Source: Caldisphaera sp. (lineage in GTDB: Archaea; Thermoproteota; Thermoprotei_A; Sulfolobales; Acidilobaceae). Taken from it: 64,000 nt of DNA. Where the stretch lies: assembly GCA_049971805.1 (NCBI GenBank), contig JBMFKU010000001.1, forward strand, positions 32,001 to 96,000. The letters run 5' to 3'. Both the position numbers and the translations under genes were made by a program. The notes beneath the pieces were generated by a model that saw nothing but the letters and a program-made list of their open reading frames with translations, was not told where the DNA came from and searched no databases. This document shows, piece by piece, positions 39,852 through 50,166 of the stretch. Each line of letters begins with the position of its first letter. Position 1 is the stretch's first letter.

Positions 39852-40379
39852 TTGGTGTTTGCAATGAAAAATCTTAGTAAAGGTATAGTTGCAGGTGTAT
39901 TAATAATTGTTATAGTATTAGCTATTGGTCTATATTATTATGAATCCTATGGATATGCAAGATTTTATATTTCTGATCCTGGAAACAATAGTTATGCTCA
40001 AATATACTTAACGATCTCATCTATAATGATACATTCAACCAACAAAGGGTGGATAACAGTTTCAAATAAAACTCAGACAATAGCGTTATCAAGCACTCCC
40101 CAACTTTTGACTTCAACTACGATACCTAGTGGAAATTATACTGAAGTAAGATTTGTAGTTGAATCTGTCACAATACAGCTATTAAACAACATTAATGTTT
40201 CTGCAAATTTACCAAGTAATGTATTTAAAATAGCAATTCCAGGAGGTCTTTTAATATCTCCAGGAAGAACTACATATGTAACTATTAGCTTGGGATCTCA
40301 TATAACTGAAACTGGAAATGGAGAATACATTTTAAGGCCTCTAATTGCTGTTACTACTTCAAATTCTCCCCCTAGCTAA
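39852..40379 (+). CDS. DUF4382-like membrane-anchored beta-rich protein
   Basis: N-terminal TM, ISDP, PSGNYTEVR and GNGEYILRP motifs. Confidence 0.7.
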   Translation: MVFAMKNLSKGIVAGVLIIVIVLAIGLYYYESYGYARFYISDPGNNSYAQIYLTISSIMIHSTNKGWITVSNKTQTIALSSTPQLLTSTTIPSGNYTEVRFVVESVTIQLLNNINVSANLPSNVFKIAIPGGLLISPGRTTYVTISLGSHITETGNGEYILRPLIAVTTSNSPPS

Positions 40380-40386
40380 TTAAAAA

Positions 40387-41238
40387 TTATTTATTTTGTT
40401 CTTGAGCTCCTTGCTGTGTTTGCTTAGCTTGTGTTTGCATTATTTCTTGCATTTTTTGTATTCCAAACAAGTTAATTGGAGAGCCGGTTAAAGGACCTGC
40501 AGCAGGTAGATTAACAGGTATTAACATTAATGTATTCCTTCCCTCCATACCTAACTCATAAATCATGTTCATCCATCTAAGCATAAATGCTTCATCATGA
40601 TCTTTATAGAGGCCTGCTGCCTCAACCATTTTTTGAGCGGCCTCAAATTCTGCCTCTGCCAAAGTAACTCTAGCCCTTCTTTCTCTTTCTGCTTGAGCTT
40701 GTCTTGACATAGCTTCTACTAAGTCATGAGGAATTTCGACATTTCTTATCTCAACAGCTGTTACTTTAACACCCCATGCTTCAGTTTTACTATCAATTAT
40801 ATTTCTTGCCAACGCCGCAACTTTATCTCTTTCCGCTAAAACTTCATCTAGAACAGTTTGACCAATAACTTCTCTTAAAGTTGTTTCAGCAGCTAACTGT
40901 GTAGCTATATTAAAATTTTCTACTGACAAAACAACTTTTTCTAAGTTTACTGGTTGATAATACATTACTGCATCTACCACAACAGGTACATTATCTTTTG
41001 TCAATGATTGTTCAGTTCTAAATGCTAAGGCCTGCAGCCTTGTAGAGATCCTAAAAGGTATTCTACTTATTATTGGTATCACGTAAACTATACCTGGTCC
41101 TTTTAAGCCTCTAAATCTGCCCAGCACCAATACAGGTAATCTTTCCCATTCGTTAACTATCTTTATACCACTTAATAATATGGCCAACACTATTAATAAT
41201 ATAAAAACTTCGATAGCTAATAGTGCAATATTAATCAA
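40387..41238 (-). CDS. stomatin/SPFH (band 7) protein
   Basis: GPG, TKDNVPV.VDAV, TTLR.VIG, WGVKV..VE and AM.RQA.AERERRA motifs. Confidence 0.94.
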   Translation of the reverse strand: MINIALLAIEVFILLIVLAILLSGIKIVNEWERLPVLVLGRFRGLKGPGIVYVIPIISRIPFRISTRLQALAFRTEQSLTKDNVPVVVDAVMYYQPVNLEKVVLSVENFNIATQLAAETTLREVIGQTVLDEVLAERDKVAALARNIIDSKTEAWGVKVTAVEIRNVEIPHDLVEAMSRQAQAERERRARVTLAEAEFEAAQKMVEAAGLYKDHDEAFMLRWMNMIYELGMEGRNTLMLIPVNLPAAGPLTGSPINLFGIQKMQEIMQTQAKQTQQGAQEQNK

Positions 41239-41554
41239 ATTTTATCCCTCTGTTAGTATTAAATTACAGGCTTAAAAATCTATGTTTTTAAATGAAAATT
41301 CTTTTAATTAAGAGATGCTGAATTCAGAGGCTGTTTTTCTCTTTGTAATAAAGGCGAATCCCCCTTATATTGGAAAAGATTAAAAAATATTAATCTAATT
41401 TTTATATCATCGAATAAAATATGAAAATAGATACACAGGTTTAATAATATAAAACCTAATTAATGTTAAGAAGGATGACCAAAAATAAATTAAGATTTTT
41501 TAAATAATAGTGAATTCATCATTTAGGGTAGATATGTAGCTAAATCTATGTTTT

Positions 41555-41592
41555 TTATAAGATCTCACCTTCATGACAGAGAGGGCAGATTA
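41555..41592 (+). mobile_element. short decayed IS right-end motif
   Basis: CTCACCTTCATGACAGAGAGGGCAG resembles GCCCTTCATGGCGGGGAAGGCTG at the end of the IS607 relic. Confidence 0.3.
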
Positions 41593-41730
41593 TTACGGTA
41601 AAGTGGTTTAAATATCTCATCCCTTGAGTTTACATAAAAATTAGGTATTAACGAACTCATAATAAAGGATGCATATAAAATGAAAAAGTCTGAAATAATT
41701 TCTTAATTTCTCATTAATAGAAGTTGTATC

Positions 41731-43011
41731 TCACTTATTATTTGCTTTAACTATTAGTTTTAATCCTTCTATCCTTATAACTTCTACTTGATCTCCTACA
41801 TTAGCGCTGCAAGACTCGCATTTGGCTTTCCATATAATGCCTTCTATCCTTATCTCCCCTTCAGGATTTAAAGGAGATACAACAATTCCTCTCTTACCTA
41901 TTAATGATTCAGGGCCTGCTAGCTTATTTTTCTTTCTCAAAGGACCTGCCACCCATCTTATGTACAAACCTGCTACTACTCCAACAGCTCCAACACCAGT
42001 AATTTCTAGCTGAGATATATAACTATTAGGAACTCCGCTTGATATCATTGGTATACCTTCTGCCATTAAATAAATACCAACTGCAGCAATTATCATACCT
42101 GCCATAAGAGCAAATCCATGGCCAAGCTTTAATTCTACAAGCATTACTGCTGCCCCTATAGCAATTAAAGAAATTCCTAAAACAGATGCACTAATTATTT
42201 CAGCTCCAACCAAACCCGCAATTATTGCTACTATTCCTATTATAGTTAATATTATAGTTGGATGATATAGATCTAAAAGTATTGCTAAAACACCTAAAGT
42301 CATAAGAATGCCATCTAATGTCGAGTTGCTTAAAGCACTTAAAAATTGTTCATAATAATTTTCGCTAACATTTATTTTAGGGTTGTCAGATAGGTTCCAT
42401 ATTTCCAATGCCTGACTAAAAGAATTCGATATACCGTTTATTAGATGATACTGGTATGCTTGTTGTGAAGTAAAGGCTATATCATATAATACCATATCCT
42501 GAGCAGCAGTAACATTTCTTCCCCATTTTTGGGCTAAACTTTCCATAAAACTAATCATGGCATCTTCTGTGTGATTTTGCTCTAAAGCAGTTCCACCAAC
42601 TACTATTGGGGTTGACGGACCTATTTCTGACCCATCTCCCATAATAATTTGGTTTGTAGCCATAGCAATATAGCTTCCTGCTGAAGCAGCCAAACTATTT
42701 GGTGGAACATATGTGTAAGTTGGTATTCCTGATTTATTTGCTTCTTCTATTGTATTAACTATATTAACCATATCGCTAAGATATCCCCCAGGCGTATTCA
42801 TTACTATCACTATTGCGCTTGCATTGTATGATTGTGCAATAGTTAAAGCTCTGTTTAACATATCTGAAGATCCTATATCAACTGTAGTATCAAAGTTTAC
42901 TATTACTATTGGCTTTTTATTATTGTTCACATTTATTGAGTATGCTCTAATAGATAGGGCTAGAATTAAAATCAATAATATTACTATTACTATTGATTTT
43001 TTTATGTTCAT
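41731..43011 (-). CDS. nfeD: long-form NfeD (ClpP-like membrane protease, stomatin partner)
   Basis: NTPGG, AASAG, IGP..P motifs; TM region; C-terminal OB domain (G..WKA). Confidence 0.9.
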   Translation of the reverse strand: MNIKKSIVIVILLILILALSIRAYSINVNNNKKPIVIVNFDTTVDIGSSDMLNRALTIAQSYNASAIVIVMNTPGGYLSDMVNIVNTIEEANKSGIPTYTYVPPNSLAASAGSYIAMATNQIIMGDGSEIGPSTPIVVGGTALEQNHTEDAMISFMESLAQKWGRNVTAAQDMVLYDIAFTSQQAYQYHLINGISNSFSQALEIWNLSDNPKINVSENYYEQFLSALSNSTLDGILMTLGVLAILLDLYHPTIILTIIGIVAIIAGLVGAEIISASVLGISLIAIGAAVMLVELKLGHGFALMAGMIIAAVGIYLMAEGIPMISSGVPNSYISQLEITGVGAVGVVAGLYIRWVAGPLRKKNKLAGPESLIGKRGIVVSPLNPEGEIRIEGIIWKAKCESCSANVGDQVEVIRIEGLKLIVKANNK

Positions 43012-43115
43012 TCTTATTCCCCGTTATCTGATAACACTTAAAAGCTATAAACTATATTACTAGTATTTGTTTAATAATAATAATTTGTGGCGATTACTAA
43101 ATAAAGGGTGATATA

Positions 43116-43517
43116 ATGCAGTATAATGATAATGTGGGATTTTTTTCCAGAATAAGGTGGGGGCCTGGAAGCTTAACATTGATCTCGATACTAATAATTC
43201 TTTTTATCATATCAATATTTTTATACTTAAAAACAAAGTCCATATATTATTTGTTTATTTTAATTGTTTTAGCCATAGCCATTATTTTAATTGTTTTAGC
43301 CAAATCATTTGAGATAATAACACCAATAAATGTTAATCAATCAACTTTAATAGGATCAAAAGGTGTTGTAATAAAAGCCATAACACCAATAAAGCCTGGA
43401 GTTATTAAAATTAATAATCAGCTTTGGTCTGCAAAGAGCAATGAGAATATAAATAAAGGAGAAAAGATAATAGTAACAAATATAGATGGAATATACCTAG
43501 TTGTTAAAAAAGAATGA
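43116..43517 (+). CDS. short-form NfeD-like protein (TM plus OB fold)
   Basis: LIGSKG.V, G.IKI...LWSA and G..L.V.K motifs. Confidence 0.8.
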   Translation: MQYNDNVGFFSRIRWGPGSLTLISILIILFIISIFLYLKTKSIYYLFILIVLAIAIILIVLAKSFEIITPINVNQSTLIGSKGVVIKAITPIKPGVIKINNQLWSAKSNENINKGEKIIVTNIDGIYLVVKKE

Positions 43518-43635
43518 TTTCAAAGGAAATCATTAATAATTATTATAGTCATGCTTCTTTAAAGCAAAGTTATGTAATAAATATTAATTTAAAATATTTT
43601 TAATTTGAGTTCTCAAGTTATATGATTTGCAATTA

Positions 43636-43665
43636 AACTGATCTCATTATATAATGAGATCAGTT
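43636..43665. repeat. perfect 30-bp palindrome between convergent genes (possible bidirectional terminator or operator)
   Basis: AACTGATCTCATTAT|ATAATGAGATCAGTT equals its own reverse complement. Confidence 0.9.
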
Positions 43666-44107
43666 ATTTATTTTTTTGTTTTATTGACTCCAAAATACGA
43701 TTGTATTTGTTAATCAATTTAGTTAATTCGTTGTATAGTAATTTTTCACCTACATTTCCTTCAATAACCTTTATTATTTTATTATTGTAACAATTCATAA
43801 TTAATAAAGTTACTGGAGAAACATTAATGCTGTATTTTTTAAACGCATTTAATGCACACTCAGACTTACAATCATATATAAACCAGTTGCATGATACTAC
43901 AAAAAAATAAATGAAGTCGATATTCTTGTTTGTTCTTACGAACTTATCTACAAACGGATACCATAATAAATTAAAGAGTTTGCATGCAGCGCAATATCTA
44001 TTACTAAAATATATAACATTTATTCCATTTTCTTTCCTAAATTCGTCACAATTAATTTTCTTCCAGTTAAAAGAAGATTTATCAAAAAAAATAAATCCCA
44101 TTTTCAA
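43664..44107 (-). CDS. thioredoxin-like protein
   Basis: YF...YCAACK..., extra Cys cluster, cis-Pro SP motif. Confidence 0.7.
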   Translation of the reverse strand: MKMGFIFFDKSSFNWKKINCDEFRKENGINVIYFSNRYCAACKLFNLLWYPFVDKFVRTNKNIDFIYFFVVSCNWFIYDCKSECALNAFKKYSINVSPVTLLIMNCYNNKIIKVIEGNVGEKLLYNELTKLINKYNRILESIKQKNK

Positions 44108-44115
44108 TTAAATTA

Positions 44116-44733
44116 TCAGTAAACATTATTGATCATCAGCCATACCCATGGTGTGTATTTCATCCATCCAGCTGTGTGCTCAAATATTGCTTCTAATCCT
44201 ATATAATATGATAATATTCCTGATAAGACAAATGATATCAATGCTGTAAAGCTCCAATATCTTTTTGCCTTTGTTTGTAATAATTGGCTTAAAATTCCAT
44301 AGATTCCTATCAATATATACAATGCAGCAGCTGCTGTTGGCGAACTTGTTAAACTAAAATGTAATATAACGTCTCCATAAACTATTATTGGTATTGAAAT
44401 AAATGCTATACCAAGTAATATGCCAAACAAAGGTGCTTTATTTAAACTAGCAAAACCTAATGCAAGCAGTACTATACCATGCAATACATTAGGGTCTACC
44501 AAAATTAAATTATAGGAGCTTGGCAATGGCCAGGCAAACATTCCCAAAAATCCAAATATTAAAGCAAAGATTCCTAAAAATACAAGAAAATATCCATAGT
44601 CCATGTTTATTTCTGAGAGTTTTTGTTTATCATAGCTAATTGAGAAGTTTAGGAAAACCCAACTTGCTAAAAGTAATAGACCAGCACCTAACAAATCTAA
44701 TTGTATATCAAGTATATCTATAAAATAAGCCAA
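44116..44733 (-). CDS. DUF981-like membrane protein
   Basis: FID.L..QL and WPLPSSYN...DP motifs; multiple TM. Confidence 0.75.
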   Translation of the reverse strand: MAYFIDILDIQLDLLGAGLLLLASWVFLNFSISYDKQKLSEINMDYGYFLVFLGIFALIFGFLGMFAWPLPSSYNLILVDPNVLHGIVLLALGFASLNKAPLFGILLGIAFISIPIIVYGDVILHFSLTSSPTAAAALYILIGIYGILSQLLQTKAKRYWSFTALISFVLSGILSYYIGLEAIFEHTAGWMKYTPWVWLMINNVY

Positions 44734-44825
44734 TTTATCACCCTATAATAATCTCTAAATATAGAATTAAATTGTTTTAATACTGAAAAGTATTTATTCT
44801 CTATATAGATAAATTTAAATATATG

Positions 44826-45707
44826 CTATTTTTCATTATGTAATTCCTTTATTGCATTAACTATATAAGATAATGAATCTTTGCTATAGCCTTCTATTTG
44901 GTCTTGCAATAATGGAAGCTCTATTGAGTAAATATAGTTAGTTAAAGGAATAACTTCTTGTGTTTTAACAGTCCACGGTTTTCCATTTGTTAGTATTAAT
45001 TCTATAGCTTTCCTGAATCTTTTACCATCAATAACTATAGCCGATCCAGGAGTAACTGCTATAACTAAATCGCTGTTAATTGAATTGATAGTTGGAGACG
45101 CGACATTTGAATTAGATTCTATAACTATTGCTTCATGCCTATTTTCTAGATAATTTAAACATTTATCAATCTCATTTATTGCACCGCCACTTATTAAGTT
45201 AAATAAATAATTATCGTCTACTTTTACTAGGTTATCAAGAATAGATACTAGATCTAATATTTCATATCCAATATTTTTAGTGCTTTTATTTATTGCACCC
45301 TCATTTATAAAATGTATATTTTTCATCTTATTATTGCATGAGGTCAGCCTAGAAATTCCCATCCTCATGTTAGGCGAATATAATGTTGCATTAAAAGAAT
45401 TTAATGAATTAAATTTTTCAGGCAAAACAGGTAATAGCAGACCTCCAAACGGATTTAATAGGTTTATTGGTTCTTTTTCTTTCGATGATTTATATAATAT
45501 GATTGAATCCTTAGTTATTACCATTTTTTGCCTTCTGGATTCTTCCAAGACTTCCGGGTGTTCCCAAAGCTCAGTATTACCTAATGGTTTAAAGCCTACA
45601 GAATCGAATCCTTCACTTATTAATGCAGATATCAAGCTAGATGCAAAGGTTGTTTTTCCTGAGTTTTCCTCTAGCAATCCTATTATTAATATTTTCATTT
45701 TATACAC
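44826..45707 (-). CDS. predicted P-loop ATPase (dethiobiotin-synthetase-like)
   Basis: NSGKTT, GFKP.G, NP and VIES motifs. Confidence 0.75.
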   Translation of the reverse strand: MYKMKILIIGLLEENSGKTTFASSLISALISEGFDSVGFKPLGNTELWEHPEVLEESRRQKMVITKDSIILYKSSKEKEPINLLNPFGGLLLPVLPEKFNSLNSFNATLYSPNMRMGISRLTSCNNKMKNIHFINEGAINKSTKNIGYEILDLVSILDNLVKVDDNYLFNLISGGAINEIDKCLNYLENRHEAIVIESNSNVASPTINSINSDLVIAVTPGSAIVIDGKRFRKAIELILTNGKPWTVKTQEVIPLTNYIYSIELPLLQDQIEGYSKDSLSYIVNAIKELHNEK

Positions 45708-45776
45708 CGTTTTCCTCTACAAATTCTTTTTAATTTTTAATAAGAGTTATTATTCTTGTGTCTAATTATGATTATA

Positions 45777-45841
45777 GGCGATGAAGAGAGTTGTGCCCGG
45801 AAGGAGTAAAAAGCGATGACGATCTCTGGGGTATCGGAGCC
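45777..45841 (+). ncRNA. box C/D sRNA with CGGA D/D' boxes
   Basis: GGC/GCC terminal stem, C ATGAAGA, guide GAGTTGTGCC, D' CGGA, C' ATGACGA, guide TCTCTGGGGTAT, D CGGA; GC-rich island. Confidence 0.68.
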
Positions 45842-45859
45842 TTTTCTTTACAGAATAGC

Positions 45860-46330
45860 TTGCCAAATGATAAAGGTCTTTATATAATAGGCTTTCAAAT
45901 AGTAAACAGAATTAAGTTTAACATAAATAAGAAGTTATATAAATTAGACAATGGATTTGTAATATATGTTGGATCTGCAGGCAATGGATTAAGGGATAGA
46001 TTAAAAAGACACCTATTAAAAAATAAAAGAATTAAATGGCACATAGATTACCTTTCATCTAGTATTGATTCACTACCAATATTTATTTTTTATGTTAAAG
46101 GAAACTATGGAGTTATTAAAGAAGACAATTTAGCAAGCTTATTAAAGAAGAGCTTTACAAATATTGGTATGTTAGGATCAACAGATTCTAAAGAGCCACA
46201 TCTGTTTTATTCTGATAATGAACAAAAAATATTAGAATTTTTATTAAAGACAATGGAAAATACGGAAGGGAGTGAAATGTTTATAATGCCTACGTTTTAT
46301 AATAAAAAATTGAGTATATCGTTTATATAG
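45860..46330 (+). CDS. DUF123 / GIY-YIG (Uri superfamily) protein
   Basis: KGLYI, YVGSA, R.KRH, WHIDYL, GSTD and HLF motifs; TTG 45860 preferred because 45791 lies inside the sRNA. Confidence 0.8.
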   Translation: MPNDKGLYIIGFQIVNRIKFNINKKLYKLDNGFVIYVGSAGNGLRDRLKRHLLKNKRIKWHIDYLSSSIDSLPIFIFYVKGNYGVIKEDNLASLLKKSFTNIGMLGSTDSKEPHLFYSDNEQKILEFLLKTMENTEGSEMFIMPTFYNKKLSISFI

Positions 46331-46347
46331 AAGTGTGGTGGTAAAAA

Positions 46348-47004
46348 ATGAACAATATAAAATTAGTAGTTTTTGATGTTGATGGTGTATTGACAAATGT
46401 AAAAAGTAGCTGGGAGTTTTTACACGAGTATTTTGATGTTGCTGACAAGGCAAAAGAATATTATAAAAAATTTGAAAAAGGCGAAATTGATTATATGGAA
46501 TGGATGAGATTAGATACTTCACTATGGATTGATAAAAATAATGGTAAATTAAAAATAGAAGAATTGGTAAAAATTTTATCAAAAATACCTGTAAGAGATG
46601 AAATAAAAGATGTTTCAATATGTTTGCATAAAAATAAAAAAACTATAGCTTTACTCAGCGGTGGTATAGACATATTGGTTAATAGAATAGCCGATATTAT
46701 AGGAGCAGAAATTTGGATGGCAAATGAATTGGAATTCAATAAATTTGGTTACTTAGTTCCAGGAGGTTTACCTATGGTTGGAACTAATAAAGAAAAGGCG
46801 CTTATGAGAATTTTACAATATTTAAATGTAGAGCCACAAGAAACAATGTATGTTGGAGATTCTAAGTGGGACTATAATGCTATGATCAAAGTTGGTTATC
46901 CAGTTTTATTTGGTAATGATGAAAGTCTATTAAATATTTCTAAATATAAAATTAGCAATTTAAATCAAATATGTGATATTATAAAAAAGATTGAAGGAAA
47001 ATAA
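46348..47004 (+). CDS. HAD-superfamily phosphoserine-phosphatase-like hydrolase
   Basis: FDVDGVL, LSGG, K and VGDS..D motifs. Confidence 0.85.
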   Translation: MNNIKLVVFDVDGVLTNVKSSWEFLHEYFDVADKAKEYYKKFEKGEIDYMEWMRLDTSLWIDKNNGKLKIEELVKILSKIPVRDEIKDVSICLHKNKKTIALLSGGIDILVNRIADIIGAEIWMANELEFNKFGYLVPGGLPMVGTNKEKALMRILQYLNVEPQETMYVGDSKWDYNAMIKVGYPVLFGNDESLLNISKYKISNLNQICDIIKKIEGK

Positions 47005-47027
47005 ATTGAAGAAAAATAATAAGGTGT

Positions 47028-48293
47028 TTATGCTTGTTTTATATAATCCACCAGTACATCAGTATATTCACTTGTTGATATAGGTGTAACACCAGGCATT
47101 TCTCTTGCTAGGTCATAAGTGACGTGTTTATTCTTTATTGCTTTAACAATGGCATCTTCAATATATAGTTTAACTTCTCTCCATCCAACGTAATCTCCTA
47201 TCAATACGGCAGCGCTTAATATTTCTGCTGTTGGGTTTGTAACATTTTTGCCAGTATATTTTGGAGCACTTCCATGGACTGGTTCTGCGACTGCAACACC
47301 ATCTCCCATATCTAATCCAGCAGCCATTCCAATACCTCCTACCAACGCATTTGCCTCATCACTGATGTAATCTCCATTTAAGTTTGGAGATACTATGATA
47401 TTGTATTCTCCTGGTCTTGTTATTATTTGTTGTAGCATGTTGTCTGCAATTCTATCATTTACTACTATCTTGTTTTCTGGCGTCTTTCCAGCATACTTTG
47501 TATTAACTTCGTCCTCTGTAACTATATAATCCCTAAATTCGTTTAATGCTACCTCATATGCCCATTCTCTAAAAGCCCCTTCAGTGTATTTCTGTATGTT
47601 TCCTTTATGCTGTATTGTGACACGTTTAATATTATTTCTAACTGCCCATTCCAATGCCCTTCTCATAAGCCTTTGTGTACCAAATTTTGATATTGGTTTG
47701 ATTCCAATTCCAGCATCAGGCCTTAGTTCTATCTTTAATTCCTTTTTGAAGAAATCTCTAATTTTATTGGCTTCTGAGGAATTCCATGGAAATTCTATAC
47801 CCATATAAACGTCTTCAGTATTTTCTCTAAATATAACCCAATTTATTCTGTCTGGATGACAATGAGGAGAGGGTTGACCATACCATTTAACTGGTCTTAT
47901 GTTTGCATATAAATCTAAAATAATTCTTAATGAGACATTTAAGCTTCTAAATCCACTACCAACAGGTGTTGTTAGCGGTCCCTTGAGATTTATTCTTGAT
48001 CTCTTAAATGCCTCTAGAGTTGCTTCAGGCAAAAGATTTCCGCACTCTTTTTGTGCCTCTTCACCAGCTGCTACTTGCCACCAAAAGATTTTTCTATTTG
48101 AGCCATAAGCTTTTTGAACTGCTGCATCAACAACTTTGATTGCACTATTTACAATTTCAGGACCAATACCATCCCCTTTAAAGTAAGCTACTATTGGAGT
48201 ATCAGGTACAATCAATTTACCATTTTCATACTTTGCAAATTTTCCCTCTGATGGAGGTTTTAATTCATCAATTGAACACGGAATTTTTCCCAA
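47028..48293 (-). CDS. icd: NADP-dependent isocitrate dehydrogenase
   Basis: GDGIGPE, KGPLTTPVG.GFRSLN, FRENTED, HKGNI and HGSAPKY motifs. Confidence 0.96.
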   Translation of the reverse strand: MGKIPCSIDELKPPSEGKFAKYENGKLIVPDTPIVAYFKGDGIGPEIVNSAIKVVDAAVQKAYGSNRKIFWWQVAAGEEAQKECGNLLPEATLEAFKRSRINLKGPLTTPVGSGFRSLNVSLRIILDLYANIRPVKWYGQPSPHCHPDRINWVIFRENTEDVYMGIEFPWNSSEANKIRDFFKKELKIELRPDAGIGIKPISKFGTQRLMRRALEWAVRNNIKRVTIQHKGNIQKYTEGAFREWAYEVALNEFRDYIVTEDEVNTKYAGKTPENKIVVNDRIADNMLQQIITRPGEYNIIVSPNLNGDYISDEANALVGGIGMAAGLDMGDGVAVAEPVHGSAPKYTGKNVTNPTAEILSAAVLIGDYVGWREVKLYIEDAIVKAIKNKHVTYDLAREMPGVTPISTSEYTDVLVDYIKQA

Positions 48294-48438
48294 CTACTCT
48301 CACCTATATAAATTTGCATATGTATAGGGTATAAATTCATTATCATTTAGTAAATTATAAAGATGTTATAAATAAATTATAATAAAATATTTTTAATTTG
48401 AATTTAAAAACTGATTGATAAAAAATAACAAATCTTAT

Positions 48439-49551
48439 TTAGTGTGGAGATATTGAAAGAAATGACTTGAAGTTATTTAGATATGGTTTCTTAACAATGC
48501 CTTTTTCTGTCATGATCCCCTCTATTAGTTCTGGCGGAGTTATATCGAATGCAGGATTATATGCTTCAGTTCCTTCAGCTGCTATTCTTAATTGACCCAT
48601 AATATTAGTTACTTCATCATCTGATCTCTCTTCTATAATAATTTCTTCTGGATTTTCTATCGGCTGAACAGTGCTTAATGGAGCTGCAACATAGAATGGT
48701 TTATTGCTATAGTTTGCTGCCAAAGCTAAGTTAAAAGTACCAATTTTATTTGCAACATATCCAGTTAATGTTATCCTATCTGCTCCAACTATTGCCATAT
48801 TTGCCATGTTTTTCTTAAATAATAGACCTGAGGCACCGTCTACTATTAGAGTTGAAGGAATGCCCTCTTTTTTAAGTTCCCAAATGGTTAATCTGGCTCC
48901 TTGTAGCAATGGTCTTGTCTCATCTGCATAAACGTGCACACTTTTACCTTCATAATAAGCATATCTTATTACTCCCAATGCAGTTCCAAAACCAGCTGTT
49001 GCCAAAGCACCAGTATTGCAATGAGTAATTATCTTAGAATTATTATCTATTACTTTGGATCCCAATCTTCCCATCTCTACGTTATTTTTAACATCTTCAA
49101 TATAAATTTTGTGTGCCTCACTCAAAACTGCATTTTTAATCTCTTCTGTGTCATTTTTTTCACTTTCTTTTAATATTACATTCCAAATTCTATTTAAAGC
49201 CCAAAATAAATTATATGCTGTTGGTCTTGTGGAAGAGAGCACATTGTATGCTTCCTTAGAATTTTTTATCAATTCGCTTATATTATTTGATTTGTCATAT
49301 AAAACAGATAATGCCAATCCATAAGCTGCTGAAACTCCTATGGCTGGGGCTCCTCTTATTTCCATTTCTTTGATTGCTATCGCAACTCTTCTATAATCTT
49401 TCGTATTTCTATAAATTTCTTTCCATGGTATTAATCTAGTGTCTATCCAATAAAATTCATTTTTATCAAAGTCCCAATAAAGGGGTTTAATTTTTAGATA
49501 TGGTTTAAGCCTGTCTAACTCCTTTCTTATATCATTCAATGTATTCACCAA
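48439..49551 (-). CDS. mtnA: methylthioribose-1-phosphate isomerase
   Basis: IRGAPAIG, RPTA.NL, THCNTGALAT, ETRPLLQGARLT, ANKIGT and NPAFD.TP motifs. Confidence 0.92.
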   Translation of the reverse strand: MVNTLNDIRKELDRLKPYLKIKPLYWDFDKNEFYWIDTRLIPWKEIYRNTKDYRRVAIAIKEMEIRGAPAIGVSAAYGLALSVLYDKSNNISELIKNSKEAYNVLSSTRPTAYNLFWALNRIWNVILKESEKNDTEEIKNAVLSEAHKIYIEDVKNNVEMGRLGSKVIDNNSKIITHCNTGALATAGFGTALGVIRYAYYEGKSVHVYADETRPLLQGARLTIWELKKEGIPSTLIVDGASGLLFKKNMANMAIVGADRITLTGYVANKIGTFNLALAANYSNKPFYVAAPLSTVQPIENPEEIIIEERSDDEVTNIMGQLRIAAEGTEAYNPAFDITPPELIEGIMTEKGIVKKPYLNNFKSFLSISPH

Positions 49552-49646
49552 ATTCTTAGTTTGGGGATAAAGTAAAATGTGTTTATCTTAGAATTATATT
49601 AAGCGAAAAGAGGAAAAATATTTTAATAAAAAACTGTATTTCTTAA

Positions 49647-50156
49647 TTGGTGCTTAAATTGGGAATAAAAGATGACATAATAAAATGGCTGAAGGAAGAA
49701 GATTTAGATATATCAGAAATTCCAATACCAAAGGAAGCTCCAATAGAATGGGCTATTAATGCTATGAGTAAGATTCCAATGAAGGTTTCGATATCCGTTC
49801 AAAAACCAAAGGGGAGAACAGAAAAATATGCATGTACAATGGGAGTTAAGGTAGCCGATGAACACAAGGAAAAATTATCTCATTTGTCTGAGCAGGATAA
49901 GGCTAATATGATAGGCGAGCTATTAAGGAGCCTATATTATATGTGCTCTTCATGTATTATAATATTTCAGCCTGATTTGTCTATGCCAGATAATATAATT
50001 GTTACTAAAGTTATTTATGGAGAAAAATTGTCTCAAAGTGAATTAACGGATTCCATAAGATTATTAACAAATACGTATACTTTGATAGCAACATATTTTA
50101 ATATTAAGCTAGGCGGATCGTTTAAACAAGGTGGGCAGACTGTAATGCATATGTGA
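49647..50156 (+). CDS. DUF2299-like hypothetical protein
   Basis: I..WL.EE N-terminus, EH...L motif; full-length ORF. Confidence 0.55.
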   Translation: MVLKLGIKDDIIKWLKEEDLDISEIPIPKEAPIEWAINAMSKIPMKVSISVQKPKGRTEKYACTMGVKVADEHKEKLSHLSEQDKANMIGELLRSLYYMCSSCIIIFQPDLSMPDNIIVTKVIYGEKLSQSELTDSIRLLTNTYTLIATYFNIKLGGSFKQGGQTVMHM

Positions 50157-50166
50157 GGTTATAAGG

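Noticed and set aside
39682-41730. Integrated element at tRNA-Leu
   Set aside because: No integrase and no duplicated tRNA 3' end (att site) found downstream in the window.
43255-43302. 21-bp direct repeat in short nfeD
   Set aside because: In-frame duplication encoding ILIVLA twice in a TM helix; no sign of independent function.
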